64,000 nt of DNA from Synergistaceae bacterium. Lineage in GTDB: Bacteria > Synergistota > Synergistia > Synergistales > Synergistaceae. Both the position numbers and the translations under genes were made by a program. The stretch is from NCBI GenBank assembly GCA_031258255.1, contig JAIRNC010000056.1, positions 3,428 to 67,427 on the forward strand, read 5' to 3'. Below are positions 56,610 through 64,000 of the stretch, piece by piece. The notes under the pieces are model-generated. The model was not told the DNA's origin, did not search any database, and saw nothing but the letters and a program-made list of their open reading frames with translations. Positions within the stretch are counted from its first letter, which is position 1; each line of letters begins with the position of its first letter.

Positions 56610-57006
56610 TCTGACACCTCCAAAATTAATTTTTTGAAAATGGCATTTCCTGCAAAAACGGTTTCAATATTTAGCTGTAGCTTCTTCCGCATCATTGTAC
56701 GGTTTGATCTATAAAATTTAATCGTCAAAATTACGTTAAAATTTCAAGATGCCAGGTTTTTGAGCGAGCGCCGCGAACTGGCGTCCCCGTGGAAGCGCGG
56801 GCGGATATATTGTCTTATAAAAACATAACGTCAAAATAGCCAACACATCCGCGACGGGGGAGGCGTTCCCGTCGATTCCAATTCTAAGACGACAGCGACA
56901 AGACGCTCATCGCGCCTTCAATATCACAGGCGACCGTGACCGTGCTCCCATGTGCTGCCTTATATATTTATTCAATGCGGTTACGATGATTTTAATAACA
57001 TGTTTA

Positions 57007-57057
57007 TTACATAATGTAAAAAATATATATTGACACATATTTAAAATGAGTTAAAAT
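57007..57057 (+). promoter_or_regulatory. 13-bp palindrome (operator-like) plus a sigma-70-like promoter for the islet's first small ORF
   Basis: TTACAT-A-ATGTAA (57007-57019). TTGACA (57030-57035), 16-nt spacer, TAAAAT (57052-57057). Confidence 0.5.
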
Positions 57058-57110
57058 AAGAATCAAGGAATACAGGTTGCGACAACTTAAGCATAAGGGA
57101 GAAGTGATCT

Positions 57111-57341
57111 ATGGTCTACGGTGTATCGTGCTTCGACTCAGAGCAACACAAAATACTATCAGGCATATCGCTACATGCAGAGAACTTCACCAAGGCAAAG
57201 GATGCGGCAATAGGCATAATTCCAAACAACACGCAGATGATCATGCTGATACCTGAGGGATCGACTGTGGACAAGGCCATCTGGTACTGGGTCGGATGTG
57301 GGAGGTGGCAGGACAACAGCGGAAAAGCGATCAAATTTTAG
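57111..57341 (+). CDS. Orphan small protein (76 aa)
   Basis: ATG preceded by AAGGGAGAAG. AT-rich codon usage unlike the flanking genes. No family recognised. Confidence 0.45.
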   Translation: MVYGVSCFDSEQHKILSGISLHAENFTKAKDAAIGIIPNNTQMIMLIPEGSTVDKAIWYWVGCGRWQDNSGKAIKF

Positions 57342-57409
57342 GCACTTAAGTGGCGACGACAGATCAAATTATCGGCCGGGGTTCCCGGGACATTACAGGA
57401 GGGGTTAAC

Positions 57410-57607
57410 TTGAACTGTTACGAAGTGACAATTTCACGGCCCATCAAGAAGAACAGGACATCGTCCTTCAACTTCGCAGTCAAGGCTTTTACGGAGGAAG
57501 ACGCAATCGACAAAATCAGGCGCGCCATACTGCCTGAAAAAAAAGATCTTTTATTCTGTAAATACTCAGACAAATGCACATCGAACTGCAACAATTGCAT
57601 CATGTAA
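57410..57607 (+). CDS. Orphan small protein (65 aa) with Cys-rich C-terminus
   Basis: TTG start 4-5 nt after AGGAGGGG. Ends ...LLFCKYSDKCTSNCNNCIM (CX5CX3CX2C). The track ORF begins at GTG 57350, which has no SD. Confidence 0.4.
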   Translation: MNCYEVTISRPIKKNRTSSFNFAVKAFTEEDAIDKIRRAILPEKKDLLFCKYSDKCTSNCNNCIM

Positions 57608-57626
57608 ACAAGTGTCTAAAATATAC

Positions 57627-57655
57627 TTGTAATAAAGCGCTTAATAACATATAAT
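57627..57655 (+). promoter_or_regulatory. Sigma-70-like promoter for the third small ORF
   Basis: TTGTAA, 17-nt spacer, TATAAT (57627-57632 / 57650-57655). Confidence 0.5.
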
Positions 57656-57697
57656 ATATAACTGTATTATGAATTACATTATACGTGAGGAGTGGGC

Positions 57698-58027
57698 ATG
57701 AACATGTCAAGGTCAAGGCCGGAAGCCGTGGCGAACGATCTCAGCAACATCGATTTCGAGGCGGCCAAAAGGGCGCTGAGCGACTTAAAAAGAGTGGAGC
57801 GCCCTGGTACGAAGACGCTCGTGGTAAAACAGCTGCACGAGTCGATCATGGAGGCAAAGAGCAACGGCGCGTCCAACGAGCAGATCGCCGAAGTGCTGAC
57901 TCAGACGACGAACCTCCAATTTACGAAGACGTCGCTCCAGAACATCCTCGGAAACCTGCACAGGCAGAGCAAGGTCTGTCAGCTAGGGCCGGACGAGGAC
58001 GGGGATATACCCTGCACGACGTGCTGA
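57698..58027 (+). CDS. Orphan small protein (109 aa) with a resolvase-type HTH-like segment and a Cys-containing tail
   Basis: GAGGAG lies 5 nt upstream of the ATG at 57698. RPGTKTLVVKQLHESIMEAKSNGASNEQIAEVLTQTTNLQFTKTSLQNIL resembles HTH_7-type DNA-binding tails. Ends CQLGPDEDGDIPCTTC. Confidence 0.45.
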   Translation: MNMSRSRPEAVANDLSNIDFEAAKRALSDLKRVERPGTKTLVVKQLHESIMEAKSNGASNEQIAEVLTQTTNLQFTKTSLQNILGNLHRQSKVCQLGPDEDGDIPCTTC

Positions 58028-58050
58028 GGTTTATATATAGATATAGATTG

Positions 58051-58084
58051 AAGGGGCCGCCAGGGGTGTAGGGGCGGCCCCTTT
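58051..58084 (+). terminator. Intrinsic terminator closing the islet
   Basis: AAGGGGCCGCC-(11 nt)-GGCGGCCCCTT, an 11-bp GC stem followed by TGCGATT (short T tract). Confidence 0.55.
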
Positions 58085-58121
58085 GCGATTCTCAATTATA
58101 AATTATTTGTCTTATAATAAT

Positions 58122-58220
58122 AGTTATGTCGGATTTACGCGCAGGAGCGGCGCGTAAATCCGACATAACTACTGGTGCGGGATTTATCGCGCGGGAGCGG
58201 CGCGTAAATCCGACATAACT
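58122..58220. repeat. Twin hairpin repeats (a 21-bp perfect inverted repeat, then a degenerate second copy)
   Basis: AGTTATGTCGGATTTACGCGC-AGGAGCG-GCGCGTAAATCCGACATAACT (58122-58170). The 27-mer GGAGCGGCGCGTAAATCCGACATAACT recurs exactly at 58194-58220 with an imperfect left arm. Confidence 0.85.
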
Positions 58221-58291
58221 GCTGGATATGCACCCGTGTGCCACGCCGGCGAAGCCGCGAGGCACACGTCCCTCACCGCGACCGACAACCC

Positions 58292-58646
58292 GCGTTTGGC
58301 GCGTATTCGTCGCCAATGCAAGCGATTGCCTCGCGAGCACCCGGAAGCGTACTTACGGTACGCTGAGGACGGCGAGCGAGGCAAGCGTGAAGCAGTGGTG
58401 GCGAAGACGCGCCAAACGCAGCGTACTTTTGGTACGCCGAGGACAGCGAGCGAGGCAAGCGTGAAGCAGTGGTGGCGAAGACGCGCCAAACAAACACAAA
58501 ATCAGCGTTTGGCGTGTAAACGCTGGCAATGCGAAGGATTGCCAAGCGAGCGCCCGGAAGCGTACTATCGGTACGCTGAGGACGGCGAGCGCGGCAAGCG
58601 TGAAGCAGTGCCGGCGTTTACGCGCCAAACGCTACGCGCCAAACGC
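58292..58646. repeat. About 2.5 tandem copies of a ~125-bp imperfect palindromic element (ERIC/MITE/REP-like), overlapping the tpiA stop
   Basis: Units are roughly 58292-58419, 58421-58491 (3-prime half only) and 58505-58632. They share GCGTTTGGCG(C/T)GT...GCGTACTnnnGGTACGC...GGCAAGCGTGAAGCAGTG...ACGCGCCAAACGC. Unit 3 closes with a 24-bp stem. The 14-mer TACGCGCCAAACGC is tandemly duplicated at 58619-58646. Confidence 0.85.
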
Positions 58647-59438
58647 TGTCGCTATTATCCTGGCGAACGACTCCGCTTCGACGGACGCGCCGCCGATCAA
58701 AAGGCCGTCGATGTCCTTCTGGGACAGTATGCCAGCGCTGTTCTCGGGCTTGACGGAGCCTCCGTAGAGGATCCTTATCTTTTGTGCGGCTTCTTGCCCG
58801 AACTTCTGCCCTATGAATGAACGGATGAACGAGCAGGCGCCCTGCGCGTCGTCGTTGCTCGCCACCTTGCCGGTGCCGATAGCCCACACGGGCTCGTAGG
58901 CTATCGTGAGCTTTTTGGCTGCGTCAGCGGCAGCGGCGTTGGCCAACGCTATGGAGAGCTGCCGTTCGAGAACCCTCTCCGTGTCGCCTGATTCGCGCTC
59001 CTCCAGCAGCTCGCCCGCGCAGAATATGGGAAGCAGCTTAGAGCCTAGCGTCGAATCTAGCTTTTTTTGCAGCAGATCGTCCGTCTCGCCGAATACGTGA
59101 CGCCTTTCGCTGTGGCCCAGGATCACGTACTTGCAGCCAGCCTCCTCCAGCATCTGGAGGGAAATCTCGCCGGTGAACGCGCCTTTAGGCTCAAAGTGGG
59201 CGTTCTGAGCGGCTATCCCGATGTATTCGCTCTTTTTTGCGGCGACTGCCGCCGCTAGCGAGGTAAAGGGCGGCGCAACGACTATCTCGATCCTGCCGGA
59301 TTTCCCTGCGGCAGCGGCGCCCTTGCCTGTCTCGTCAGCCGAGAGCCACGACCCCAGCTTCTCAAAAAAACTGACCGTCGCAGCAGCGCCGTTGTTCATC
59401 TTCCAGTTCCCGGCGATCATCCTTGCCCTGTCTTGCAT
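58632..59438 (-). CDS. tpiA: Triosephosphate isomerase
   Basis: MIAGNWKMN, ILGHSERR, AYEPVWAIGTG. Confidence 0.95.
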   Translation of the reverse strand: MQDRARMIAGNWKMNNGAAATVSFFEKLGSWLSADETGKGAAAAGKSGRIEIVVAPPFTSLAAAVAAKKSEYIGIAAQNAHFEPKGAFTGEISLQMLEEAGCKYVILGHSERRHVFGETDDLLQKKLDSTLGSKLLPIFCAGELLEERESGDTERVLERQLSIALANAAAADAAKKLTIAYEPVWAIGTGKVASNDDAQGACSFIRSFIGQKFGQEAAQKIRILYGGSVKPENSAGILSQKDIDGLLIGGASVEAESFARIIATAFGA

Positions 59439-59452
59439 AGCAGATCAGCCCC

Positions 59453-60646
59453 CTAACCTATTACGTAGGGCTCTACGCCCGGCAGGGTCTTCCCCTCGAA
59501 AAACTCTAGGCTCGCGCCGCCGCCCGTCGAGACGTGCGTTACGTCCTTCTCGTGACCGAACTTCGCTATGGCCGCCGCGGAGTCTCCCCCACCCACGACC
59601 GTAAGCGCGCCGCCCTTCGTCACTTTGGCGAGCTGCTGGGCTATCGCCTCCGTGCCTTTGGCGAAGGGGGCTGCCTCGAACACCCCCATTGGGCCGTTCC
59701 AGAGGACGGTCTTAGCGCCGTCTAGAGCCTTGCAAAATGATTCGACCGCGCGCGGGCCGATGTCGAGGCCCATTTGATCGGCTGGGATCGCCGAAGCCAA
59801 GACGACCGTGACGCTGGCGGACTCGGAAATTTCAGAGGCTGCCGTCACGTCCTCTGGCAAGACTATCGCGACGCCCTTTGCCTTGGCGCGGCGCAGCATC
59901 TCCAGAGAGAATGCTAGCTTGTCCTCCTCGCAGAGCGATTTCCCTATCCCTAAGCCCTGCGCCTTGAGGAACGTGAAGGCCATCCCGCCGCCTATTATGA
60001 TAGTGTCGACGCTGTCTAGCATGTTTTCGATGACGCCGATCTTATCCGATACTTTTGCGCCCCCCAGTATCAGCGCGAAGGGCTTCTTCGGGTCGTCGCG
60101 GACGGCACTGAGCATCTCTATCTCGCGGATCAGGAGGGGGCCAGCGAAGGACGGCAGACAATCCGTCACGGCCCCAGTCGACGCGTGCGCCCTATGCGCA
60201 GCGCTGAAGGCGTCCATGATGAATACGTCGAAGGGCGCGGCAAGCGCCTTCGCGAACGCCGCGTCGTTCCTCTCCTCCTCCGCGTGGAAACGGAGGTTTT
60301 CCAGGAGGACGACTTCGCCAGGCAGGAGCGCGTCAGCGGCGCCCTGTGCCGACTCCCCCACGCAGTCCTCCGCAAAGCCGACCCTTTTGCCCAGCACCGC
60401 GGAAAGCTCCTCCGCTACGGGCCTGAGCGAATACTTGGCAACCGGTGAACCCTTCGGCCTGCCGAGGTGCGATATGAGCGCGACCCTGGCGCCGGCGTCT
60501 TGGAGCCCCCTGATGAGCGGGACGTGCGCGTTTATCCGCGTGTCGTCCGCGACCTTCCCGTCGGCAGTCAGGGGGACGTTGAAATCCACCCGGACCAGGA
60601 CTTTTTTGCCCTCGATGTCGCTCTTGCCGAAAGTCTTGAGCCTCAA
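59453..60646 (-). CDS. pgk: Phosphoglycerate kinase
   Basis: TTG start 2 nt after the gap stop gives MRLKTFGKSDIEGKKVLVRVDFNVPL. The track ORF's extra 26 codons overlap gap. STGGGASLEF is present. Confidence 0.9.
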   Translation of the reverse strand: MRLKTFGKSDIEGKKVLVRVDFNVPLTADGKVADDTRINAHVPLIRGLQDAGARVALISHLGRPKGSPVAKYSLRPVAEELSAVLGKRVGFAEDCVGESAQGAADALLPGEVVLLENLRFHAEEERNDAAFAKALAAPFDVFIMDAFSAAHRAHASTGAVTDCLPSFAGPLLIREIEMLSAVRDDPKKPFALILGGAKVSDKIGVIENMLDSVDTIIIGGGMAFTFLKAQGLGIGKSLCEEDKLAFSLEMLRRAKAKGVAIVLPEDVTAASEISESASVTVVLASAIPADQMGLDIGPRAVESFCKALDGAKTVLWNGPMGVFEAAPFAKGTEAIAQQLAKVTKGGALTVVGGGDSAAAIAKFGHEKDVTHVSTGGGASLEFFEGKTLPGVEPYVIG

Positions 60647-60648
60647 GG

Positions 60649-61674
60649 CTATAGGCCCTTCTGAATTATATAGTCGGCCAGGTCGGCCGCCCTGGTGCTG
60701 TACCCCCACTCGTTGTCGTACCACGAGAGGACCTTTACCATGTTGTCTATTACCGTGGTGTGCTTGGGCGCGAATACGGACGAGCGGAAGTCGCCGACGA
60801 AATCCATGGACACGAGGTCGTCCGTCTCGTAACCCAGTATGCCCTTGAGCGGGCCCTGGGCGTACTCCTTCATGGCGTCGTTTACCTCGTCCTTAGTCGC
60901 CGGCTTTTTGAGTTCCGCGGTGAGATCCACGATCGACACGTCAGGCGTCGGCACACGGAGCGAGAACCCGTTGAGCTTGCCCTTGAGGTCGGGGATGACC
61001 TCGCCTATAGCCTTGGCCGCCCCGGTGCTCGTGGGGATTATGGAGAGCGCCGCCGCCCTGCCGCGCGTGATCGCCGACATGCCCTTTTTGGGCGGGAAGT
61101 CCAGCGTCACCTGGTCGTTCGTGTAGGAGTGGATCGTGTTCATGAGGCCTTTCACGATCCCGAAGCGCTCGTGCAGCGCCTTTACGACAGGCGCCAGGCA
61201 ATTCGTCGTGCAGGACGCGTTTGAGAGGATCCTGTGCTTCGCCGGGTCATAGGAACCCTCGTTGACGCCCATGACGATCGTCACGTCGTTGTTCGTGGCG
61301 GGCGCGGAGATAATGACCTTCTTCGCCCCCGCGTCGAGGTGCGCCGCAGCCTTGAGGCCGTCCGTGAAGCGGCCTGTGCACTCCAGCACCACGTCCACGC
61401 CCAGATCCTTCCAGGGGAGCTTCGAAGGGTCGGCTTCGGCCGAGGCCTTGAGCTTGTTCCCGTTCACCTCCAGCACGTCGCCGGAGAGCGCGACCGTTCC
61501 GTCAAATCTGCGGAAGACGGAGTCGTATTTAAGCAGATACTCGAGCACGTCCGGCGGGGTGAGATCATTTACCGCCACTACGTCGAAATCGTGATTGCCC
61601 TTGGCGAAATACGAGCGGAGGAACACGCGCCCGATGCGCCCAAATCCGTTGATCGCAAGCCTTGCCTTTGCCAT
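60649..61674 (-). CDS. gap: Type I glyceraldehyde-3-phosphate dehydrogenase
   Basis: LAINGFGRIGR, SNASCTTNCLAP, WYDNEWGYS. Confidence 0.95.
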   Translation of the reverse strand: MAKARLAINGFGRIGRVFLRSYFAKGNHDFDVVAVNDLTPPDVLEYLLKYDSVFRRFDGTVALSGDVLEVNGNKLKASAEADPSKLPWKDLGVDVVLECTGRFTDGLKAAAHLDAGAKKVIISAPATNNDVTIVMGVNEGSYDPAKHRILSNASCTTNCLAPVVKALHERFGIVKGLMNTIHSYTNDQVTLDFPPKKGMSAITRGRAAALSIIPTSTGAAKAIGEVIPDLKGKLNGFSLRVPTPDVSIVDLTAELKKPATKDEVNDAMKEYAQGPLKGILGYETDDLVSMDFVGDFRSSVFAPKHTTVIDNMVKVLSWYDNEWGYSTRAADLADYIIQKGL

Positions 61675-61750
61675 TCGAAAAAACCTCCCTGAAGTGTGTT
61701 AGGATTAGTGCTTATTTAATGTATAAAAGCGGCAATACCTTTACAGCCTA

Positions 61751-62257
61751 TCAAAAAAGGGGCAAGCGGTCAACGTATCGCTGGCTTATTTTGCGCTCGT
61801 GAGCTATCAGCCACTCCTTGCGCCACAACCCGCCGCCGTAACCGGTCAGCCCGCCGTCGCTGCCTATGACCCTGTGGCATGGGACGACTATGGAGACGGG
61901 GTTGCGGTGGTTCGCGCCGCCCACGGCCCTGGACGCCTTTGGCTTCCCCACCCGCGCGGCCAGCTCGCCGTAGCTCCATGTAGCGCCATAGGGTATGGCA
62001 AGGAGCGCCCGCCAGACGGAGAGCTGAAAAACCGTGCCCTTCAAGTCGATGCGTAGGTCGAAGGCCTGTCTGCGCCCGGCGAAATAGTCGTCAAGCTGCC
62101 TGCGGCACTCGTCTGAAAATGCCGTCGCCACCTCAGAACCGCCCAGCTCTTGCTCCAGCGAGTCCGCGAACGAAATCTCAGCCAGCCCCATGCTGCCCGT
62201 CACGATCAGGAGCTTGCCGATAGGAGACTCGTAAATCGTTTCGTCCAACGTCATCAA
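61751..62257 (-). CDS. ogt: Methylated-DNA--protein-cysteine methyltransferase
   Basis: VPCHRVIGSDGGLTGYGGG. Confidence 0.9.
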   Translation of the reverse strand: MMTLDETIYESPIGKLLIVTGSMGLAEISFADSLEQELGGSEVATAFSDECRRQLDDYFAGRRQAFDLRIDLKGTVFQLSVWRALLAIPYGATWSYGELAARVGKPKASRAVGGANHRNPVSIVVPCHRVIGSDGGLTGYGGGLWRKEWLIAHERKISQRYVDRLPLF

Positions 62258-62328
62258 CCTCCATAAAGGGATCAGGTCGTTCTGTTGTGCTATGATTATA
62301 ACGATTTTAAATAAAGGGAGCGATTTTT

Positions 62329-62790
62329 TTGGATATTTTTTTCATGCTGAACGCCCTCGACGAGGCGAAGAAGGCCTTCGACGATGACGAGACGCCGGTC
62401 GGCGCTGTCGTCGTCAAAGACGGCGTAATCATAGGGCGTGGCCGCAACGAGCGCTCGTCAAAGCACCTGCCCTTGGCCCACGCCGAGATAAACGCCATTT
62501 CCGAGGCCGCTAAAGCCATAGACAACTGGCGGCTCGACGGATGCGCGCTTTACGTCACGCTGGAACCGTGTATCATGTGCGCCGGGGCGATAATGGAGAC
62601 CAGGGTCGCGCGGGTCGTCTACGGGGCCAGGGATCCGAAGGCGGGCGCCGCCGGCTCCCTATACGACGTGCTCAACGACCGCAGGATGCCCCACCGATGC
62701 AACGTGACGGGCGGCGTACTCGACGTCGAGTGCTCTGCCCTGCTGAAAAAGTTCTTCCTGGCGAAGAGGGTCAGCGCCAGAAGCCGGTAA
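62329..62790 (+). CDS. tadA: tRNA adenosine(34) deaminase
   Basis: HAEINAI and TLEPCIMCAGAI. Confidence 0.9.
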   Translation: MDIFFMLNALDEAKKAFDDDETPVGAVVVKDGVIIGRGRNERSSKHLPLAHAEINAISEAAKAIDNWRLDGCALYVTLEPCIMCAGAIMETRVARVVYGARDPKAGAAGSLYDVLNDRRMPHRCNVTGGVLDVECSALLKKFFLAKRVSARSR

Positions 62791-62797
62791 AGTTGAA

Positions 62798-62822
62798 GCC
62801 CGGATTTTGTTAAAATCCGGCT
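62798..62822. terminator. Hairpin between convergent tadA and rpsA
   Basis: CCGGATTTT-GTT-AAAATCCGG, a 9-bp stem with an extra flanking G-C pair. Confidence 0.4.
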
Positions 62823-62853
62823 CCAACCTGACAAACATCAAACCCGCGTTTGG

Positions 62854-64000
62854 TTATTCGCTTGTGGCTTCCTCTTTCCGCGCCTTGAGGAAGTCGCCCA
62901 GCGTGACGGACATCTCCTCCGTCGGGACCTGCGGGGAGCGGCTCTGCTCCCTCCTGCGGTCGCCGTTTTCGTGCCTAGGCCTGTGCTCGGGCTGCTGCCC
63001 GGCGTCATCGCGCGCCATTTTCTCCTCCTCAGGCTGAAGGGCCTTCAGGCTGAGACGTATTCTGCGGGCGTTCGAGTCCACCTCAAGGATGCGCGCCGTG
63101 ATCTCCTGCCCCACCTGCAGCACGTCACCGGGTTTCTCCACCCGCTGCCTGCTCAACTGGGAGATGTGGATCAGACCCTCTACACCGGACTCCAGCTCGA
63201 CGAACGCGCCGAAGTCCGCCAGGCGGATGACCTTCACGGTCACGTCGCTGTTCTTAGTGAAGCGCTCCGCTATGTCCTTCCAGGGGTCGTTCAGCTGTTT
63301 GTAGCCCAGGCTGATGCGCCTGCGCTCCAGATCCACGTCCAAGATGACGACCTTCACCCTCTGGCCGCGCTTTAAGAGTTCCTTGGGATGCCTTATGCGG
63401 CCCCAGCTCAGGTCGCCGATGTGGATCAGGCCCTCGACGCCCGGCTCGATCTCGACGAAAGCGCCGAAGTCCGTCATGTTCGTGACAGGGCCCTCGGTCT
63501 CCGTGTCCTTCGGCCAGCGCTCGGCCACGGTGTCCCAGGGATCCGGGAGGGTCTGCCGGATCGAGAGCGAGATCCTGTTCTTCTCCCTGTCGATGCCGAT
63601 CACCTTGACCTGCACCTTGTCGCCCTTGGCCAGCATCTCCTTGGCCTTCGCGTTGCGCTGCCAGGAGAGCTCCGTAATATGTACCAGCCCCTCTATGGTG
63701 CCCAGGTTGACGAAGACGCCGAAGCTGGTGATGCTGCTCACTTCGCCCTCCACCACGTCGCCCTCGTGTACCGCCTCATAGAACCTCTCGCGCTCGACGT
63801 TCATCTCCTCCTCGAGGATTGAGCGGCGCGACAGGACGAAACGACGCTTGCGGCGGTCGCGCTCGATGACCTTGACCATGAACGTCTGATCGACCAAGCG
63901 TCCGGGGTTGACTCCCCTGCCCTCCTCAGCCAGGTGTGAGATGGGGATGAAGCCCTCTATGCCGAAACAATCGACTATAAGCCCGCCCTTTACCTTCCGG
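62854..64000 (-). CDS. rpsA: 30S ribosomal protein S1 (5-prime end beyond the window)
   Basis: Repeated S1 domains (GDVVEGEVSSITSFGVFVNLG..EGLVHITEL etc.). My translation upstream of the track start stays open to 64000 (...KVKGGLIVDCFGIEGFIPISHLAEEGRGVNPGRLVDQTF...). Confidence 0.9.
   Translation of the reverse strand, partial: RKVKGGLIVDCFGIEGFIPISHLAEEGRGVNPGRLVDQTFMVKVIERDRRKRRFVLSRRSILEEEMNVERERFYEAVHEGDVVEGEVSSITSFGVFVNLGTIEGLVHITELSWQRNAKAKEMLAKGDKVQVKVIGIDREKNRISLSIRQTLPDPWDTVAERWPKDTETEGPVTNMTDFGAFVEIEPGVEGLIHIGDLSWGRIRHPKELLKRGQRVKVVILDVDLERRRISLGYKQLNDPWKDIAERFTKNSDVTVKVIRLADFGAFVELESGVEGLIHISQLSRQRVEKPGDVLQVGQEITARILEVDSNARRIRLSLKALQPEEEKMARDDAGQQPEHRPRHENGDRRREQSRSPQVPTEEMSVTLGDFLKARKEEATSE

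Noticed and set aside
56810-56820. 11-bp direct repeat TTGTCTTATAA at both islet edges as att or target-site duplication.
   Set aside because: 11-mers recur by chance, especially in AT-rich DNA. It is kept only as a weak note inside the islet finding.
58122-58220. CRISPR array or integron attC interpretation of the twin hairpins.
   Set aside because: There are only two repeat copies. The 23-nt spacer is itself a degenerate repeat arm. There are no cas or intI genes. The GTTAT...ATAAC orientation is opposite to attC R''/R' cores.
58236-58820. 194-aa plus-strand ORF (and several 80-100-aa ORFs on both strands) across the palindromic array.
   Set aside because: The apparent protein repeats (…EAYLRYAEDGERGKREAV…) simply mirror the DNA repeats. 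The ORF also runs antisense into tpiA.

Overview
GC-rich bacterial chromosomal segment with about 60 credible protein genes and no rRNA, tRNA or CRISPR array that I can see. All calls rest on motif-level reading of the supplied translations and of both DNA strands; no database search was run. Layout: (1) 1-11.2 kb, minus strand: a carbonyl-branch Wood-Ljungdahl operon in transcription order stand-alone homocysteine-methyltransferase domain, short MetE-like protein, two cooC, cooS/acsA, a fused acsB-acsD gene, acsC, and a RACo-type corrinoid activator that runs off the window. (2) 11.5-12.8 kb: a DUF3786 gene, and converging on it a cobalamin riboswitch with its own promoter and terminator but no downstream ORF. 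(3) 12.9-17 kb: a divergent flagellin, an NYN-domain protein behind a terminator-containing leader, and a PseC-like aminotransferase. (4) 17-35 kb: housekeeping and envelope/division genes (OmpH, RNase J, Na/Pi-PhoU, uppP, maf, DUF5693-like, csaB, a degenerate split transketolase-like pair, ftsEX, M23 activator, S41 protease, yibQ, purA). (5) 35-56.6 kb: rimI, macro domain, yitT, murJ, GNAT, a glycosyltransferase remnant, tatD-metG-rsmI, an MCP, rplU-prp-rpmA-obg-nadD-LCP-rsfS, and an aspT-asdA aspartate/alanine module. (6) 56.7-58.65 kb: an AT-rich islet with three orphan small ORFs under their own promoters, then twin 21-bp hairpins and about 2.5 tandem copies of a roughly 125-bp imperfect palindromic element that abuts and duplicates the last codons of tpiA. 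(7) 58.6-64 kb: gap-pgk-tpiA, ogt, tadA and rpsA (partial). The most interesting items are the orphan B12 riboswitch, the AcsB-AcsD fusion with the methionine-type methyltransferases heading the acs operon, the catalytically degenerate transketolase pair, and the AT-rich islet plus palindromic repeat array downstream of tpiA.
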